Position numbers and translations under genes: made by a program. Positions 33,085 to 41,943 of a stretch of DNA of 64,000 nt are shown piece by piece. The stretch's first letter is position 1. Each line of letters begins with the position of its first letter. Source of the DNA: an uncultured Planctomycetota bacterium (lineage in GTDB: Bacteria; Planctomycetota; Planctomycetia; Isosphaerales; Isosphaeraceae); NCBI GenBank assembly GCA_963823665.1, contig CAWGMQ010000011.1, positions 416,001 through 480,000 on the forward strand, given 5' to 3'. The notes beneath the pieces are model-generated. The model searched no databases and was not told the DNA's origin. It saw nothing but the letters and a program-made list of their open reading frames with translations.

Positions 33085-34101
33085 TCAGACCTGCTCGGGC
33101 ACGAGCTCCAGGAGGTGCTCGGCAATCTGCACGGCGTTGGTGGCTGCCCCCTTGCGAAGGTTGTCGCTGACGCACCAGAAGAGCAAGGTGTTGGGCTTGC
33201 TCAAGTCCCGGCGGATCCGGCCCACGAAGACATCGTCCTTGCCGGCGGCGGTAGCGGCGAGTGGATAGCGGTTGCGCGCGGGATCGTCGACGACGGTCAC
33301 ACCGGGTGACCGCGCCCAGATCTCGCGGGCCTCCTCGGGTGAAATCGGCCGTTCGGTCTCGATCAAGATCGATTCGCTGTGCGAGATCCTGACCGGCACG
33401 CGGACGCAGGTGGGGCTGACGTCGATTGACGGGTCGCCCATGATCTTGCGGGTTTCGTTCACCATCTTCATTTCTTCCTTGGTGTAGCCGCTCGGCAGGA
33501 AGTCGTCGACCTGAGGGATGCAGTTGGCGAAGATGGGGTGCTGGAATTTGGACGGAGGCGGGATGGGGGCATTCTGCACGGCGGCCTGCGTCTGCTGTTC
33601 CAGATCGCGCATTCCCTTCATGCCTGCGCCGGAGACCGATTGGTACGTGCTGACGACGATTCGCCGTACGCGTGCGAAGTCATGCAACGGCTTGAGCGCG
33701 ACCACCATCTGGATCGTCGAGCAATTGGGATTGGCGATGATTCCCCGATGCTTCATGATGTCAACCGGGTTGACTTCGGGGACCACCAGCGGCACGTCGG
33801 GCTCCATGCGAAACGCGCTCGAGTTATCAACCACGACTGCTCCGGCCGCAGCGGCGATCGGGCTCCACTCTCGCGACACACTTGCCGGAGTGCTCGACAG
33901 GACGATGTCGACTCCGGCGAATGCCGCGGCGGTGAGCTCGCGGACCGCGTGATGCTCGCCTCGAAAGATGACCGAGCGGCCCATGCTTCTGGCTGACGCC
34001 AGGAATTGAATTGAAGCCACCGGAAAGGAGCGTTCTTCGAGCAGGCGGGTCAAAAGCTCTCCGACGGCACCCGTGGCCCCGACGATCGCGACGTTCTTCA
34101 C
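33085..34101 (-). CDS. asd: Aspartate-semialdehyde dehydrogenase
   Basis: GATGAVG, DNSSAFRM, ANPNCST, CVRVPV, SDNLRKGAA. GGAGGA RBS before the GTG at 34101. Confidence 0.97.
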   Translation of the reverse strand: MKNVAIVGATGAVGELLTRLLEERSFPVASIQFLASARSMGRSVIFRGEHHAVRELTAAAFAGVDIVLSSTPASVSREWSPIAAAAGAVVVDNSSAFRMEPDVPLVVPEVNPVDIMKHRGIIANPNCSTIQMVVALKPLHDFARVRRIVVSTYQSVSGAGMKGMRDLEQQTQAAVQNAPIPPPSKFQHPIFANCIPQVDDFLPSGYTKEEMKMVNETRKIMGDPSIDVSPTCVRVPVRISHSESILIETERPISPEEAREIWARSPGVTVVDDPARNRYPLAATAAGKDDVFVGRIRRDLSKPNTLLFWCVSDNLRKGAATNAVQIAEHLLELVPEQV

Positions 34102-34425
34102 AACTGATTCCTCCACCCGGCGCAGCACATTTGCAAGGAGTACCTCAAGCTGAAGCCTGACCCGGCTCCGGATTGGCCGCAGGATCTGGACTCTTGATTC
34201 TCGAACAGGGTTCGCACGTGGTCAAGAAGACCTTCGCGAAAAGAGCCGACTGTGCGGCGGCGGGCTGTCTTTATAAAATGGAATGTCTGTCGCCGGGTGG
34301 CTAAGAGTCGCCTTTCGCTCCGCGAAAGTGCGTCCCGTGTCTTTATAGAATAGTAGAATGTCAGTCGCTAGCGTGGACCGGGTGCGGATTGTTGTGAACG
34401 ATTCCCGAGGATGGGGGCCTGTGCC

Positions 34426-35934
34426 TTGAAAGTCCTGGTCGTCGGCAAAGGAGGGCGCGAGCACGCAATTTGCTGGAAGCTCAAGCAGTCGCCAAAGGTG
34501 ACCACGGTATTCTGTGCGCCGGGCAACGCGGGCACGGCGATCGACGCGCAGAACGTTTCGATCGAGCCGGGCGATCACCGCGGTCTGGTTCAGTTTGCCA
34601 AACGAGAGGGCGTGGGTCTGACGGTGGTCGGCCCGGAAGAGCCGCTCGTCAAGGGAATTGTCGACATCTTTCAGCGCGAGGGCATGCGAATCTTCGGGCC
34701 GCGGAAGGAGGCGGCGGAGCTGGAGGGAAGCAAGGTCTTCGCCAAGGAGCTGATGCGGCAGGCGGGGATCCCGACGGCCGACTACCGCGTATTCCGTACG
34801 GCGCCTGACGCGGAGCTTTACGTCCGGTCCCGCGAGGTGGCGCTGATCGTGCGGTCGCGAGGCCGGTCCACCTTGCGGCACACTCTTCACTGCCGCACGG
34901 CCGGCGAGACGCTCGAGGCAATCGACCGGATCATGGACCCGCGCGAGATGCTCTCGCCCGGCGTGCAGGTGGAGATCGAAGAGCGCGGCGAAAAGCGGAT
35001 CTTCAACACGGCCGCCGAAGCGCGTGATTTCGTCCTGGGGCGCCCGCTTGGCCTGGTTCTCAAGGCCGACGGCTTGGCGGCGGGCAAGGGGGTTTACGTC
35101 TGCGACAACCTTCGGCAGTCGCTCGAGGCGATCGACCAGATCATGATCCGGCGCATCTTCGGCCAGGCCGGAGACAAGCTGATCATCGAGGAGCGGCTCG
35201 ACGGCACGGAGGTCAGCGTCCTGGCAATCACCGACGGCCGCACCATCATCCCGCTGGAATCTGCCCAGGATTACAAACGAGCGTTTGACCACGATGAAGG
35301 GCCCAACACGGGCGGGATGGGGGCTTTCTCGCCCAACACGGCTCTCACCTCGGAGGTGATGGAGCAGGTCGAGCGCGAGATCCTCGTTCCGGCGATTCAC
35401 GCGCTCAAACGGGCCCGCCGTCCGTTCCGCGGCGTGCTTTACGCCGGCCTGATGCTCACGAATCAGGGCCCGAAGGTGCTTGAATTCAACGTTCGCTTCG
35501 GCGATCCGGAAACGCAAGTCGTGCTCGCGAGACTCAAGACGGACTTGTTCGATCTGCTCGACGCCGCGGTCGACGACCGTCTCGACTCCATTTCCCTGGA
35601 ATGGGACCCGCGGCCGGCCGTGACCGTGGTGATGGCTGTGGAGGGTTACCCCGGAGCGTACGAGCGCGATTGCGTGATTCCCAATCTCGACGCCGCGGAC
35701 AGGATGCCGGACGTCAAGGTCTTTCACGCGGGCACTGCCCTTCGCGCTGACCCCGCCGTCGGCCGCGAAGGCCGCGTTGTCAGTGACGGGGGCCGGGTAC
35801 TCGACGTGACCGCGCTCGGCGCAACGCTCGCGGAAGCCCAGGCTCGCGCCTATGAGGCGGCGCGTGCCGTCAAGTTCCCCGGCGCCTGGTATCGACGCGA
35901 TATCGGCGGCCGGAGGGGCCGCCCGGGCAAGTGA
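34426..35934 (+). CDS. purD: Phosphoribosylamine--glycine ligase with a 70-aa internal duplication
   Basis: GGREHA, APGNAG, VGPE, LEGSK, KADGLAAGKGV, GPNTGGMGA, EFNVRFGDPE, FHAGT, GGRVL. Confidence 0.96.
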   Translation: MKVLVVGKGGREHAICWKLKQSPKVTTVFCAPGNAGTAIDAQNVSIEPGDHRGLVQFAKREGVGLTVVGPEEPLVKGIVDIFQREGMRIFGPRKEAAELEGSKVFAKELMRQAGIPTADYRVFRTAPDAELYVRSREVALIVRSRGRSTLRHTLHCRTAGETLEAIDRIMDPREMLSPGVQVEIEERGEKRIFNTAAEARDFVLGRPLGLVLKADGLAAGKGVYVCDNLRQSLEAIDQIMIRRIFGQAGDKLIIEERLDGTEVSVLAITDGRTIIPLESAQDYKRAFDHDEGPNTGGMGAFSPNTALTSEVMEQVEREILVPAIHALKRARRPFRGVLYAGLMLTNQGPKVLEFNVRFGDPETQVVLARLKTDLFDLLDAAVDDRLDSISLEWDPRPAVTVVMAVEGYPGAYERDCVIPNLDAADRMPDVKVFHAGTALRADPAVGREGRVVSDGGRVLDVTALGATLAEAQARAYEAARAVKFPGAWYRRDIGGRRGRPGK

Positions 35935-35971
35935 CGCAGTCCTCGCTCTACGCGGGCGATTCACGTCGTTG

Positions 35972-37768
35972 TTACTTCTTCGCCTTGTGATGTCGCGGGA
36001 TCGCCGGGACGTGATCAATCTTGAACAAGCCCTTGAGGCCGTCCTGACCCACGTCGTACTTCGTCGGCGTCGCGTAAGGCTGGTAGGGCACCGTGGGCGG
36101 AATGACCGGCCCGTGGATCAGCTTGACCGACTTGGCGAAGAACGCCCTGCCCTGGCTCTGCGGCTGCACGGCCGAATTATTGGCGTTGCTGATGTTTCCT
36201 TCGACCTTGGCGTTGATGACGCCGCGCGGCAGGATCAGATCTTGCGGTGTGCCGTACCCGTTGCCGGTCAAACCGGTCGGGTCGGGCTGGACCGAAGCCG
36301 AGAAGACCGAGTCGATCACGCTTCCGGCGATCCGGACCTGGGTCGTACCGCCGTTCTGCGCGGTCGGCTCCATCTGGCCGGTGAGCGTATTGAGCTGCGG
36401 ATTAGCCACGGTTGGCGGCGGCTGGCCGAAGAAGGCACCGCTACCGGAGGCGAAGAGGCTGGTGGGGGGCAAGTTCACGAACGTGAAGAGGCTCTGGGCT
36501 TCACCCACGTTCACATTTGTGTTCTGAACGTCACCGCCGATCAAGAGGTTCTGGATCGAGCGACTTACCGTGACGGTGGAGTTGAGCGCATCGCGATTGG
36601 CACGCAGGGATGCGATGCTAAGGGAGCTGATGGTCACGTTATCCATGCCGAGCCCGAACGCAATGTTCCGGGAACCGGACGGGGCCATCAAGAGCACGTT
36701 CTGGGTTTGTCCGCCGATGTAGTAGTTGCTGATCTTGGCGTCGAGCTGCCCTTCGGACGCAGCCACGTTGAGGGGATCTTCGGTCACGAGCGTGGTGAAG
36801 TTCGTGGCGTTGCCGCCGACGCGAACGTCACCGATCTGCCCTGTCGCCGCACCACCCTGGGAAATGACGAAGGTGCCTCCCGGTGAATCCCCGGAGCTCG
36901 AAGGCGAGTTCACCAGTTGAGTCGGCACCAGTCCCGACGTGGTGTTTCCATCGATTTCATTGGCCTGGAACAGGTTGAGCCGCCCGGTGACCAGGAAGGT
37001 CGCGTAGTCCTGGAACGGAGCTGAGCCGGCGGTCGAGTTGGCCTCGGCGTCGCTGTTCACTGTGTTGACGATGACACTCGTGCCCTGCACGATCGGTAAA
37101 CCGAGGCTGATCTGAAACTCGTTGCTCTGGCCGGTCTGGTTGAGCGGAGTCCCGCCCGCCGGCGTGTAATCGACGTCGACTCCGCCAAATCGGAGGTTGA
37201 TCACTCCCTGCGGAATGTAGATCTCACCGGCCGACATCGCACTGGTATGGATCTGCGATGCCACACTCGGTTTCGTCGTGTCGGTATGCGCCAGATAGAA
37301 GTTGGGCATGTCCACCGCGAGGATCCCGTTCTGGACGGTCCGGAAGTTGCTGACCTGCCCCTGGTCGATCTTACCCAGCTCACCCGTGGGCGTGACGATC
37401 AGGTTCTCGAAGAACACCTTGGCATTGTGGGTCGTCGGATCGGGATAAACCGTGGCGACCAGACGCGTCTGCGTGGTGATCGCACCCGCGACCGTGATGG
37501 TGTTGATCGATTCTTGCAAGTCACCAGTCGCACGCGTGAACACGTCGCCGTCGACCCCGACAACGTTGAGCGCCCCGGGCCCGAACAGTCGCATCGTCCA
37601 CTGGGCGCCATCCGGATCCATCCCCCTGACGACCGCCGTCGCAGGCCCGGTCGGCACTCCCTTCGGCACGGGTTGCCGTCCAGTCGCATCCAGAAGCTCT
37701 CGTGCTTCGAGACCCTCGGCCATCGGTTTAAGGGACCGCCGGGACGGCGTTGGCTTCCACTTCGCCAT
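35972..37768 (-). CDS. Planctomycete extracellular protein (Planc_extracel-type N-terminal motif)
   Basis: RRSLKPMAEGLEARELL matches the planctomycete LExRxLL signature. Body is rich in T, N, G, V and lacks Cys. Confidence 0.75.
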   Translation of the reverse strand: MAKWKPTPSRRSLKPMAEGLEARELLDATGRQPVPKGVPTGPATAVVRGMDPDGAQWTMRLFGPGALNVVGVDGDVFTRATGDLQESINTITVAGAITTQTRLVATVYPDPTTHNAKVFFENLIVTPTGELGKIDQGQVSNFRTVQNGILAVDMPNFYLAHTDTTKPSVASQIHTSAMSAGEIYIPQGVINLRFGGVDVDYTPAGGTPLNQTGQSNEFQISLGLPIVQGTSVIVNTVNSDAEANSTAGSAPFQDYATFLVTGRLNLFQANEIDGNTTSGLVPTQLVNSPSSSGDSPGGTFVISQGGAATGQIGDVRVGGNATNFTTLVTEDPLNVAASEGQLDAKISNYYIGGQTQNVLLMAPSGSRNIAFGLGMDNVTISSLSIASLRANRDALNSTVTVSRSIQNLLIGGDVQNTNVNVGEAQSLFTFVNLPPTSLFASGSGAFFGQPPPTVANPQLNTLTGQMEPTAQNGGTTQVRIAGSVIDSVFSASVQPDPTGLTGNGYGTPQDLILPRGVINAKVEGNISNANNSAVQPQSQGRAFFAKSVKLIHGPVIPPTVPYQPYATPTKYDVGQDGLKGLFKIDHVPAIPRHHKAKK

Positions 37769-38076
37769 GGAACAGACACCCCTTTCCCACGAGGCAAGAC
37801 CATACGCTGGTCGTTACGCAGCCTATCGAATCTGTTTCCAGTCAAAGATTTGCGCCGGAAACCGATTCGTCATCCCACTGGACCGCATTCACGTTTTCCG
37901 TGAACCGACTTGAACGCAATCATTCCGATATGCGACCATCCCGCAATGCGCATCACGACGGGTACAGTCCGTCCGCTTTGGTCAAGGATCGACATTCGTT
38001 ACGGAATACTTGAGAGAATCGCTAAAATCGTTTCGATCCTCACAACCGGACAGGTTTGACAAGCACCCGCGCGAAC

Positions 38077-38541
38077 ATGAGCGATCAAGGCACGTTGAGA
38101 CGCCGACCATCTGTTCACATCACGCTCCAGCGAGCGGCTCGACTGCATCGCCTCGTTCGGTTCGTTGCGAGTGCGTCTCGAACGCGATCAATGATCCTCT
38201 CAGAACTTGGGATTGGCCTGCGGACGTTTTACCGGGAGCTGGAGCTGCTCAAGAAATGCGGAGTAAAGATCCGCCACAAGCACAAGCTGTACCACCTGCT
38301 GCCGACCGCCGCTGAGGCCCTGGGCCGCTTGCCGTTTCCAGATCCCCAACTGAGTTTTGCCGAGCTGGCCGAACTGGCGGCCTGCGACTGTGCGGCGGGG
38401 CGTCGCCTGGCGGGTTTGCTCGCCGCCGTGGTCCAAGAGCCAGCACCGGCCAAACCCGGAGCAAGTCGAGCGGCCCGGACCAGGAATCGGAACCCGCGCC
38501 CAAACGCTGAACCGGGCCGACGAGAAAAAACTTCAACGTGA
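38077..38541 (+). CDS. Small HTH (HTH_11-like) DNA-binding protein
   Basis: RAARLHRLV...ILSELGIGLRTFYRELELLKKCGV. Confidence 0.7.
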   Translation: MSDQGTLRRRPSVHITLQRAARLHRLVRFVASASRTRSMILSELGIGLRTFYRELELLKKCGVKIRHKHKLYHLLPTAAEALGRLPFPDPQLSFAELAELAACDCAAGRRLAGLLAAVVQEPAPAKPGASRAARTRNRNPRPNAEPGRREKTST

Positions 38542-38948
38542 TCCATTGTAAGATCCACCACGGGTCGGACGGCGCCGGCCGCGATCGCAACGGTACAATC
38601 GATACCATCGGCTCGATCGAAACGCAGAATGAAAAAAACGGGGTGTTCTCGAAGTCCCGGCCGATTTGGCCCGGGGTTTGCTCTCCTACCGCGGGCATCG
38701 GCCCAATCGCCGATTCCTGATCGCCGTGAGGCACTGATCTTTCTTACCGGCCATTCGGCGATGTCTGACCTGAACTGAGAATCCTCCCCGCGTTTCCCCA
38801 GGTCCACGGACGGAAGACGGGCGTCGCTCGGAAGCGAGCGATGGTCGCCGTCGGCGCACGTGTTGCACGGATCGGTCTGCGCCCGAACAGGGTTTCCCGG
38901 GGTTTCCCTCGAGACGTACGACCTCCGTCCGAAGAAAGGGGAATACCC

Positions 38949-39473
38949 ATGAATCATGTCTCCCGAATCCTCATTGTGGCTGCGGCCCTTCTTATCAGTG
39001 CATCGCAGGCTTTCGCAGAAGATCAGCCCGCCAAGCAATGGGTGTGGCTCGAGAGCCAGGGAGTGTGGGGCTACGGCTACCAGATCAAGGAGGGGCCTCA
39101 TCGCGGCCTTTGGCGGGTCGACCCCGATTCGAAGCGGGCGCCGGAAGAAGCTGTACCGAACACGGACCCGTACGGATTCGCCGCCATCCTGAACCAATAC
39201 CGTGCGGAAGCGGGGCTGCCTGCTCTGGCCTACGATCACGAACTTTCCGCCTGGGCCGCCAGCAACAACGCAGCGCAGGCCGCCTTGGGCATGGGCCACC
39301 ACGTCACGCCCAATTGCTACCAGAACGCCGCCTGGAATGCTCCGGACGCCGCCAGCGTGGCGCAGGCCTGGATGGAGTCTCGCGGTCATCGCAAAAACAT
39401 GCTCTCTTCGTCGGTCACGACCTTCGGCATCGCCTACGGCCCCGGTCCGTACTGGACGATGAACGCGAAGTGA
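38949..39473 (+). CDS. Secreted CAP/SCP-domain protein
   Basis: Signal peptide ending AFA, LNQYRAEAGLPAL, WMESRGHRKNML, GIAY..YWT. Confidence 0.88.
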   Translation: MNHVSRILIVAAALLISASQAFAEDQPAKQWVWLESQGVWGYGYQIKEGPHRGLWRVDPDSKRAPEEAVPNTDPYGFAAILNQYRAEAGLPALAYDHELSAWAASNNAAQAALGMGHHVTPNCYQNAAWNAPDAASVAQAWMESRGHRKNMLSSSVTTFGIAYGPGPYWTMNAK

Positions 39474-39592
39474 GAAAAAAATAGCCAGGCCCACGGACGG
39501 GCCGTTTTGCCCCACGACCCCTGCCCGTCCATCGGGATGGAATCTCTCAATCAACGAATCATGAATCTCCGGTGAGGCAAACCGAGTCAGAC

Positions 39593-40195
39593 TCATCCGC
39601 TCGGCGTATGTTGACGCGTGAGCGTCAAGAGCGGGTCGTAATTTCCCAGGTCGGCTTCTTTGATGGCCGCCAGGTACTCGTCGCGGATCGTGCTTGCAGT
39701 CCCAATCAGGTTTTCTGGCCACGACGTATGGGTATGACCGCGCGATCGTAACAGGATATTTGCAAGCATCCGCGACCAACGTCCATTTCCGTTGAAGAAC
39801 GGGTGAACTCCAACAGCGAGATGATGGAGCCGGACCGCTTGCTCCACCAGGTTCATGCCCGATTGGTCCCAGAACGCGAGATCACCCAATAGGTTCTCGA
39901 GTTTCTCATCAATCAGGCTCCAGCGGACGCCAAGGTTCAAGTCGCGAGTCCGAATCTCGCCCGCCCATTTCCACACGTCGCCGAACATTTCTTTGTGCAA
40001 CCGCTTGACCCACCTGAGGTCAAACGGAGCCATCCGCTTCGTCGGCCGCCTGCGGCCGAAATACTTGGACACGGCCTTGCGGATGTTCCTGGCTTCGACC
40101 AGATTCAATTCCTGACGGGTCTTGACCCACGTGATCTTGAGGTGCGAAACATCGATCGGCGTCTCGCCCGGCAGTTCTTGCCAGCTAGATGCCAC
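39593..40195 (-). CDS. Mobile mystery protein B (Fic domain)
   Basis: PGETPID..ELNLVEARNI, LHKEMFGDVWKWAG, Fic motif HPFFNGNGRWSR, EYLAAIKEAD. The GTG start at 40195 is inferred. Confidence 0.9.
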   Translation of the reverse strand: MASSWQELPGETPIDVSHLKITWVKTRQELNLVEARNIRKAVSKYFGRRRPTKRMAPFDLRWVKRLHKEMFGDVWKWAGEIRTRDLNLGVRWSLIDEKLENLLGDLAFWDQSGMNLVEQAVRLHHLAVGVHPFFNGNGRWSRMLANILLRSRGHTHTSWPENLIGTASTIRDEYLAAIKEADLGNYDPLLTLTRQHTPSG

Positions 40196-40200
40196 GGAAT

Positions 40201-40614
40201 TCAGCAGCTCCAAAGCCGGTGACTCGATCCCGCGAGCAATTCGTGGTAAGTGTTTTCCACCATCGCTCGATATTCATCGTCGCTCACCGCCTGACCCTCG
40301 AGTGCGGAAGTGCCCTGGACCATGCCAACAATCCACGCGGCCTTCTTACGCGCTTGCCGCTCCCGAAGGGCTTGTGCGCTCACGGCCGGCTCGAATTTGA
40401 TCGACCCATCGTCCAGAATTCGGATGGTGCCCATACCCAGCACCCGCGCCACGGACGCAATGCTCGTGACGCCGGGTGACTCGACCTTGCCGGTCAACAA
40501 TCGCTGGAGCGCGGGCTGAGAAACGCCGCTCAACTCGGCCAGCGCCGAAAAGGAAATACCCAGCTCGCGACGCCGCAAGTCGAGCGCGTCATACGGTGTG
40601 GTGATTGCATTCAT
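40201..40614 (-). CDS. Mobile mystery protein A (XRE-type HTH)
   Basis: RRRELGISFSALAELSGVSQPALQRL, then RQARKKAAWIVGMVQGTSALEGQAV. GGAGG RBS before the ATG at 40614. Paired with the Fic gene. Confidence 0.88.
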   Translation of the reverse strand: MNAITTPYDALDLRRRELGISFSALAELSGVSQPALQRLLTGKVESPGVTSIASVARVLGMGTIRILDDGSIKFEPAVSAQALRERQARKKAAWIVGMVQGTSALEGQAVSDDEYRAMVENTYHELLAGSSHRLWSC

Positions 40615-40652
40615 ATTCTTGCCTCCCACAGATTTCGCACTCGAACCATTGC

Positions 40653-40706
40653 ATTCTATATCGTTTAAGATCTAAAGTCAAGTAAATTCAATATCGTAAA
40701 CGATAT
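40653..40706 (-). promoter_or_regulatory. Sigma70-type promoter with two palindromic operator-like sites upstream of mobile mystery A
   Basis: Minus strand TTGACT (40681-40676), 17-nt spacer, TAGAAT (40658-40653). Palindrome ATATCGT-AA-ACGATAT at 40691-40706 and a degenerate copy ATATCGTTTAAGATCT at 40658-40673. Confidence 0.7.
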
Positions 40707-40872
40707 CACAATGCCTCAGAAATCGAACGTTCGCCTCTAAGAGGCGAGCGACTAGGCTTCAGCCTGACGATCTCCCCGCGCCGCGCGAACGAAAACGGTG
40801 CTCCCACGACCGCGAAGTTCCGGCTGATGTTCGCACACGCACGCCACGACCGTAATGCCCTCCCGCGGAGGA

Positions 40873-41014
40873 AACGGGGTCAGAGGAAACGGGGTCAGGT
40901 CCGATATTGGCAAAATAGGTGGTCTATTGGTACAGAGCAGCACAGCAGCAGCAGAACGGGGTCAAAGGAAACGGGGTCAGGTCCGATATTGGCAAAATAG
41001 GTGGTCTATTGGTA
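40873..41014 (+). repeat. 60-bp direct repeat (2 copies) at the left flank of the RAYT gene
   Basis: 40873-40932 and 40955-41014 read AACGGGGTCA(G/A)AGGAAACGGGGTCAGGTCCGATATTGGCAAAATAGGTGGTCTATTGGTA, with 1 mismatch. Confidence 0.95.
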
Positions 41015-41374
41015 ATTTGGGTGGATGCCAAGAACAGCACGGGTCGCTCCAGGCGGCATGGTTTTCCACGTCTTGAATCGAGGCGTGGTGCGCATGCAGT
41101 TGTTCGAAGAGCCAACGGATTACGAGGCGTTTGAGCACGTCTTGCGGGAAACACTCGATGAATCGCCGTTGCGGGTCTGTGCCTAGGCGCTGATGCCCAA
41201 CCACTGGCATCTTCTGGTTTGGCCGGCGGGCGATGGAGACTTGGCAGCGTTCATGCAGCGGCTGACGGTCACCCATGTGCGACGGTGGCAACAGTATCGC
41301 GGCTACGCGGGGCTGGGCCATGTTTACCAGGGTCGGTACAAATCGGTCCCTGTCGAAAGCGACGAGCATTTCTG

Positions 41375-41559
41375 GGCGTGGTTCAAACGCGGGTAACACG
41401 CCTCGACGCCATTCGAGGCGCAACCGGCCCGCCGGTCCCTTCGTACGGTGGGTGTAACCCACCATCCCATATCGTATTACGACCGGTGGGTTGCACCCAC
41501 CCTACGTACTGCCGCCCATTGACGGTGTTACCGTAGCGTCGCGTCCGTTGAACCACGCC
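41375..41559. mobile_element. MITE (185 bp) with terminal inverted repeats and target-site duplication
   Basis: TIR GGCGTGGTTCAA / TTGAACCACGCC. Flanking direct repeat CATTTCTG at 41367-41374 and 41560-41567. Removing the element and one repeat copy restores ...ESDEHFWVVARYVERN. Confidence 0.9.
41443..41505. repeat. Inverted REP doublet (REPIN-like) inside the MITE
   Basis: GTACGGTGGGTGTAACCCACC (41443-41463) and the reverse complement of 41485-41505, GTAGGGTGGGTGCAACCCACC, are 19/21 identical. Both have GTAG-type tetranucleotide plus hairpin architecture. Confidence 0.8.
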
Positions 41560-41943
41560 CATTTCTGGGTTGTGGCGCGGTACGTGGAGCGCAATGCATT
41601 GCGCGCGAATCTGGTCTCGCGAGCGGACGATTGGCGGTGGTCCAGTCTGTGGCGACGGTGCCACTGAACGCAGGTGGAGCAGTCGTTACTGGCAGCTTGG
41701 CCCGTTGAAGTGCCACCGAATTGGGTCGAGCGAGTCAATCAGGCCGATGACGGGCGGGAGTTGGAAGCGCTTCGCCGGAGCGTACAGCGAGGGCGCCCCT
41801 ACGGCCGGCCCGAGTGGCAGAAGGAGATCGCGAAGCGCCTTGGACTGGAGTCGGCTTATCGTCCGGCGGGGCGGCCGCGGAAGGCGGGAAACGATCCGAG
41901 CGAGCCGCGAGAAGTTTAGACTGGTTGTCTAGATCGCCATAAA

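Larger units (their letters stand above)
41025..41919 (+). pseudogene. REP-associated tyrosine transposase (RAYT / Y1 HUH transposase) pseudogene
   Basis: MPRTARVAPGGMVFHVLNRG, HUH motif LMPNHWHL, YQGRYKS, catalytic ARYVERNALRA, WRWSS, RPAGRPRK. In-frame TAG at 41184, TGA at 41665 and a MITE insertion. Confidence 0.92.

Noticed and set aside
1007..36886. Long antisense ORFs (e.g. 1007-2014, 11632-12597, 13138-14868, 34222-36018)
   Set aside because: Shadow frames typical of high-GC coding DNA, opposite well-supported genes.
39495..39530. Inverted repeat GGACGGGC/GCCCGTCC as an intrinsic terminator
   Set aside because: 20-nt loop and no U tract on either strand.
40873..41014. Direct repeats as a mini CRISPR array
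   Set aside because: Only two 60-bp copies, a low-complexity 22-bp spacer and no cas genes. Better explained as transposase flanks.
41184..41667. In-frame TAG/TGA in the RAYT as pyrrolysine/selenocysteine recoding
   Set aside because: The gene is also disrupted by a MITE, and the stops are not at catalytic Cys or Lys positions. Ordinary decay.
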